Part shown: positions 58,332-64,000 of the stretch, in pieces
How positions within the stretch are numbered: the first letter of the stretch is position 1
Layout: each line of letters starts with the position of its first letter
Origin: Syncephalis fuscata S228
Lineage: Eukaryota; Fungi; Zoopagomycota
Direction of reading: 5' to 3'
NCBI GenBank assembly: GCA_025786725.1
Contig: JAHLTZ010000015.1
Location: 124,001 to 188,000, forward strand
DNA: 64,000 nt
The notes under the pieces: model-generated
The model's database searches: none
The model's input: the letters and a program-made list of their open reading frames with translations, nothing else
What the model was told of the DNA's origin: nothing
Translations under genes and position numbers: made by a program

Positions 58332-59685
58332 CTTGTGGAAAAACTACAGCAATATCTATGTAATTCATACAAACAAAAGACGTTAGTATATTTGCTTGCT
58401 TGTTCAATCATTGGTAGGTAAATAGGCCGAGTTGTTAACCAAGACAGCGCCCACATAGACGGGCAACCACAAGTGCAAGCGTTACCAAGTCGACTAGACA
58501 AACTACCGGCGATTGTACAGTAGAGTGTCGCCGCTTATTCATCTGGCTACTGCCCAGCCAACGCTTACCAAGACGATGTAGAGAATCGATAAAAAGAGTT
58601 GAAAAGAAGGCTCACAGGTCCGATTAAGCAGAATAGCCACTTACCGTACTTTTTAGATAGTTGAAAACGACGAAAGAGAAAAACAGGTGAATAACAGAAT
58701 CCAAAGGGTAAACAATTGGCGGTCGGAACAATAATAGTGCGAACAGTAACAATGACGACAATGAAATAGAAAACCGAATAAACACTCAGATAAAAGTATT
58801 TTGTAAATGGATGAACGAGTGAATTAACATGACCAGATAGATGCCATGGATCACAAAATATTTGTACGCAGTTTAAATAAATAGATAAGCCAGTAGACGG
58901 ATATAGACAGACACGTAGATAGATAGTCAGCTACAACTAGTCAAAGATAGATAGACAGCTACATACGTAAAGACACATGTAGACAGACAGACAGATAGAT
59001 AGATAGCAGCCATGCGTCAAAAGTAATTTGCCGAAAGAGTATATACATCAATAGATAAATGGGCCAAAGTTCTATCAAACGTAATCCAGGCCTGTTAATG
59101 ATGTCAGCGATCAATAATGTTACAAAAACTGCAGGTCCACTGTCCTAGAAACCGGCTATTCGATGCATTATTGTAATTATGTTTATTGTGTTATAGCTGT
59201 ATTCAATAGATTGTTTTAATTTATGTAATATTAGTGTTATTAAACGTATTTACATTAATATGTATTGATATTATCTAGTAATGAATGAATTAATATATAT
59301 ATTATTTCTTGTAACAACTAATAGTACAATGATATCTATAGTAATGATATACTCGCCAATATTGATGTTAGTTCTAATATAATCGATCATAATAACCACT
59401 GTCATTTACATAAATCGGTCTAATAGATAGCATTGCATAATTTACGTAGAGTGTAGAAGAATGGATGTTTTTAGAAACATATGTAAATGAAAGAGGACGT
59501 CATTTTTATAAACTGTCGTCATTATTCTACAGTTCTGTAAGCTCCCAACTAAAACACATAAATATGCTAGACACGTATCTTGGCTATCATCCATCTACAA
59601 ATTTATCTATCCTAGCTTTCTCCTTTTCATTCAACATATCTTTTTGTTGTTGTTATAACCGAACTGATAGTCATATTTGTTAGCA

Positions 59686-60578
59686 ATGCTTCGTACTTTT
59701 ATTACACGTGCTGCCAGTGCCTCGTCACGCAGACCAATGGCTGCCTCGGCTGTAACGGGTATTCTCGCGCGCAACAAGCACACGCTGCCCGACCTACCGT
59801 ATGATTTCCATGAGTTGGAGCCGGTCATTTCGGCCGAGATTATGCGTCTGCACTATACTAAGCATCACCAGACCTATGTGAACAACTTGAACGTAGCTGA
59901 AGAGCAGCTAGCTGGCGCGGTACGCGAAAAGGACCCAGCTGAATATATCTCACTGGCATCCGCCCTTAAATTCAATGGTGGTGGTCATATCAACCACTCG
60001 ATATTCTGGACAAATCTTGCACCACCAAAAAAAGGTGGTGGTGAAGCACCAACTGGTAAATGACAATCAGCTACATACGAATGAATAGCTTACTAATCAT
60101 AGTGTTGCTGATTAAAACTACGATTTAGGCGATCTACTTGAGGCTATCAAGCGTGATTTTGGCTCATTGGAAGCGTTTATCACCAAATTCAATGCCTCTA
60201 CAGCAGCCGTGCAAGGATCTGGCTGGGGCTGGCTTGGTTACCATACTGGCAACAAAACACTTCAAATTGCCACCACTTCTAACCAGGATCCATTGAAACG
60301 TAAGTTACTTATAACATCTATATTATGTTGCGGTATTGATTGTTTGTCTATCTACCAGCTACCACTGGACTTGTTCCGCTTCTTGGCGTGGATGTATGGG
60401 AGCATGTAAGTAATCCAACAGTTGATAACAGCTGCTCTATCGCTTCTTTCTTCTAACGCAATAGCAATAGGCCTACTATTTGGATTATAAGAATGCTCGC
60501 CCTGACTACTTGAACGTATTTGGGAAGTGGTCAACTGGAAGAATGTTTCTGAACGCTACAGTGCGGCCATAAGCGTAA
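59686..60578 (+). CDS. SOD2: Mitochondrial Mn superoxide dismutase
   Basis: Presequence, [49 protein letters not shown]. The exact stop is uncertain. Confidence 0.95.
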
Positions 60579-60667
60579 ATAGTTGGCATATATCATTTTC
60601 ACATAATGCTAAATGGTTCAAGCGAATATAACATGCCAATAAATTTGCACTTTTATTTCAACTATTG

Positions 60668-62779
60668 CTATTCAATGTGTGCTTTGTCGTCTGATGACGT
60701 GGAAGGTTTGGTGGTTGGCCAAAGAAACCCACGATATAGCCAAAGCCATGAAACGGTCACACCTACTGCACAGTAGACTGAAAGTAGCATTAGAGGTAGG
60801 AATTCAAGACGTTCTAGACCAAATAGCGCTGTATGAATAAGTCCAGCATAAGTTTGAACGCCAATTAGACCAACTAGATAAATACAAAGTGGACGGCCTA
60901 GTATGTCCACAAAATCACTGCCTTGCTTCTCTTCACTGTATTCAGTTATTGATTAGTTCATTGTATAGTTGAAATCAATGTATAACTACTATTACATACT
61001 TTGCAACAATTCGACCAAGAATAGTGTAAATTAAAATGGACCATATGCTAATAATAGCTATCTTAGTAGGCCCCTCTATTGTAAATAATGAAGTATATGT
61101 TTAATAACTAGCATTAGTGCGTATAACTATTGCTCACCTGCTGGTGTAAAAAGTAGAGGCAATAATGAGATGTGGCCAGCAGCACTCAGCAACGTAAATA
61201 TACGAAACTTTTGTTTATTTTCAGTGGCGACAAGACTGCAGCAATGCCACATGCTATTAGTAATCCATCAAACAAACATATACTACTTACCTCAATGGGA
61301 TAATCATTAATAGTACAGCTTTCTCATGAACATGCCATCCAAACATAAATGAAGCAAATCCACATAGTACCAGAGTGTCGATAAACCGTTTTTTGGTCGG
61401 ATTTTTAAACAAACTAACCAGAGCAGGCTAAAATAACTTAATTAGCGGCGCAATACTATGATATAATGTATACTTGCAATTTGAAATAAAAGTGTTAACG
61501 CAAACGTATGCCATGGTAGAATATTCGGCAATATACCATATGATGTGTCGCCAACTAGACCGCGGGTCATAGATGCTGGCGTATTAATACGACGCTTTAG
61601 AATAGTGTTATTAACTATATGAATACAGTTAGATGTGTATAATATAAAATTAATATAACAACTGACCTGTTAATAATAAACGATCTGCAAATGAATAAAG
61701 TGCCCAGAAATTGGGTGCCCAGAAAGCATGGCACAGACCGCGTTTGAATGGAAACAGACGCGATATTACTTGTTCGAGTTGGCCCATGGCTAGAAAAGGG
61801 CCAAATGAAAGCAGTGTAATACCCACTACTAAACTGCCTACTTTAGCAAGTCGTTCTAGACTCTCGCGTAAAGCGGCAGATTGCCAACCAGATGGAAAAC
61901 AGTAAGCGCGTAATAAATAAACAAAATAGGCTGGTGCTAAGTAAAGAAAGATGTGTTTAAAATTTAGTAATACGGCAAACCACGTAGCTGCATAAAGTGG
62001 ACGATTCTAATTGATATTATTTAATATAATAACTGAATTAGAACAATGGTTATATACCTTAATGATTTCTACAATAGACATGACCAGAATACCGAATAAA
62101 AATCCATTGTACTGAAAATGAATATGTACTGATAAAGTTAGGGATTATTATGCCATACTCTAGCGAATTAGCAATACAAGGATATGATCTATAATGAGTA
62201 GCCCAACATTAAGAAAAACACCTGCGGCCATTACAACGCGTTCCTGCTTAGTACGCCATGCAACCTCTTTGACAAATCTATAATCAAATAGGTCTACATT
62301 ATTTATTGTTTACACTGACCCGGAGGCACACTTACCGATGCAGAGCATAGCACAATAGGCCATCAGTTGCGATAACTGTTAGTCGTTGGTATAATACGCA
62401 CTCCCAGCTCTGATATGGTGCAGCCGAAATGGTTGTAATACGAGGGTCAACCCATGGCGTGACCAGCGATAGTATATACTCAAACCAAGCAAAAAAAGGT
62501 GGATAATCAAGTGTCCATTCACTCGTATCCTACTTGCATTAATAAAATGGAATTACGACTAAAGTAAGCTGCTTACCTCGTAGTACCACTTAGATATAGG
62601 TAATGTATGAGTAATGGCAAGCCAATTCCGATGAACGTCAAAATCTGTCGAGCGACTAGGCTATAGTTAAATATACTGCCCAATACCATGTATTCAAATA
62701 GCGTAACTTACTAGGATGGAATAAGAAATAGTTTAAGCAGCGTGCCTGCAATTGCCACGTGCAGAAACGCAGAGGCCAT
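60668..62779 (-). CDS. ALG8: Dolichyl-P-Glc alpha-1,3-glucosyltransferase Alg8
   Basis: [59 protein letters not shown]. Confidence 0.94.
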
Positions 62780-63436
62780 GTTTATACTGTGGCAACAAGA
62801 AAGTGTAATGAAGTGATGGTGAAGATAGTTTAACTAATACGCGACTGTTGCGTGTGTAAAGAAGGACAGACAAATAGAGATCATTACTAACGGAGTTTTA
62901 TTTTAAACACCAGCTACTGACTATTTAGAGCAATACTAATTTATTGTAAGCTAATGTGGCCATTGTATGGCATTACAGTAGCTGTAAAACCTATTGATTT
63001 GATACTAGTATATCTATGTAGATGCTGTATGTCTATTGTATAAATAGCATTGTACCATAATAATAATAATAGTAGTAGTAGTTATAACATGTTGATTTTA
63101 TAAAAAATAGTAATCATTAGTGAAATACGCACAAATATATTCATTATAAATGTTAGTCTCTTATCTGTCTAGCTTTTTAGTAATAACCATTAACATGTTG
63201 TAAAAATAATAATTTGATTTAAAAAAACAATGTTTAATAGTTTATGAACAAAGTAAACAACAATATCAACCCTTCTAATCGACAGCATCTTGTTATTGCA
63301 TATTGGTTACTAGGAAGACTGATGAATAATAGCATTGTATCTTCTGGTGTAATAGCAGAGTTTGTACTAGAAACCGCGACTTGAAAGGCCTAGATAACGT
63401 TGATTGCTTCATGGATGGTTGAAGTAGCAGAGAGGT

Positions 63437-63528
63437 TTATTTTCCGCAGTTGCAGGTGGTGCCGCACTTGCAAGCATCACCGCAGCGCAGCCGCTGCATT
63501 CTGGATCGGCCTTGATGATTGGAAGCAT
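63437..63528 (-). CDS. Small fungal metallothionein (~30 aa, 7 Cys)
   Basis: With one base restored near 63485 it reads MLPIIKADPECSGCxCGDACKCGTTCNCGK*. GC-rich codons and an upstream TATAAAAG near 63670-63678. Confidence 0.75.
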
Positions 63529-64000
63529 GATAACTGGAATCGGTGACTTGTGTGTTGGATAGCTTGCTGGTGCAAGTAAGAACAGCAGTGTGGTACTGAA
63601 AAGTAGAAAGCTGAAAAGATAGTGTGTGTGGTGCGATGGGTAAGTGCAGCTAGATGGGCATTATCTGGCCCTTTTATATTCCATGCGCCAAAACTGCTCT
63701 ATATGGTTTCTAGAAATAGCTGACCACAATACGTCATTGCCAATGGTTAGAATGGCGTAAAAGTAAACTTGATACAAATCCATAGCATTCCCGTGGTATG
63801 CGCGATTTTTGCCCACAATAAAATGAGATGATGCCTTCCGGTATCGTGTAACGCAGGTGACTTGAACGGTGGATTGCAGTCAAGCATCAGTTCAAGTCAT
63901 CGAAAACGACACGATACCAGATGGCACACCTCAATTTACTCATGCAGAAATCGCGTGTACATCATCGCATGGGACCAGCGTCTTGTCGTATGGTATTTTA

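Noticed and set aside
58900-59010. GATA/GACA repeats upstream of HOG1
   Set aside because: Ordinary microsatellite with no further structure.

Overview
AT-rich, intron-dense eukaryotic DNA from a fungus. Short GT-AG introns and the gene content suggest an early-diverging lineage, possibly Zoopagomycota such as Syncephalis, but that is inference only. Most of the window is compact housekeeping genes: a type-I DnaJ, a DHHC palmitoyltransferase, COX5, UBP3-like, RPS0, GIS2, SPT16, RPN8, PNS1/CTL, SmD2, NDUFS6, SUS1, GPI2, RPT1, p24, COX18, NOPCHAP1-like, RRP45, ORM, HOG1, SOD2 and ALG8. There are two accessory zones. The first is a tandem pair of signal-peptide plus ~7TM genes (2.3-7.5 kb). The second is a ~12 kb island (31.4-43.5 kb) with four intronless BAHD/Tri101-type acyltransferases, an expansin-like DPBB protein, and the standout feature. 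That feature is a small secreted-peptide gene on the minus strand (35.26-36.88 kb) whose coding region is built from 17 consecutive 3-nucleotide micro-exons, each separated by a 75-80 nt GT-AG intron; it is invisible to the ORF track. A tiny metallothionein missed by the ORF track lies at 63.4-63.5 kb. Single-base deletions in essential genes indicate assembly indel errors, so frameshifts should be treated cautiously. Multi-exon CDS coordinates are outer bounds.
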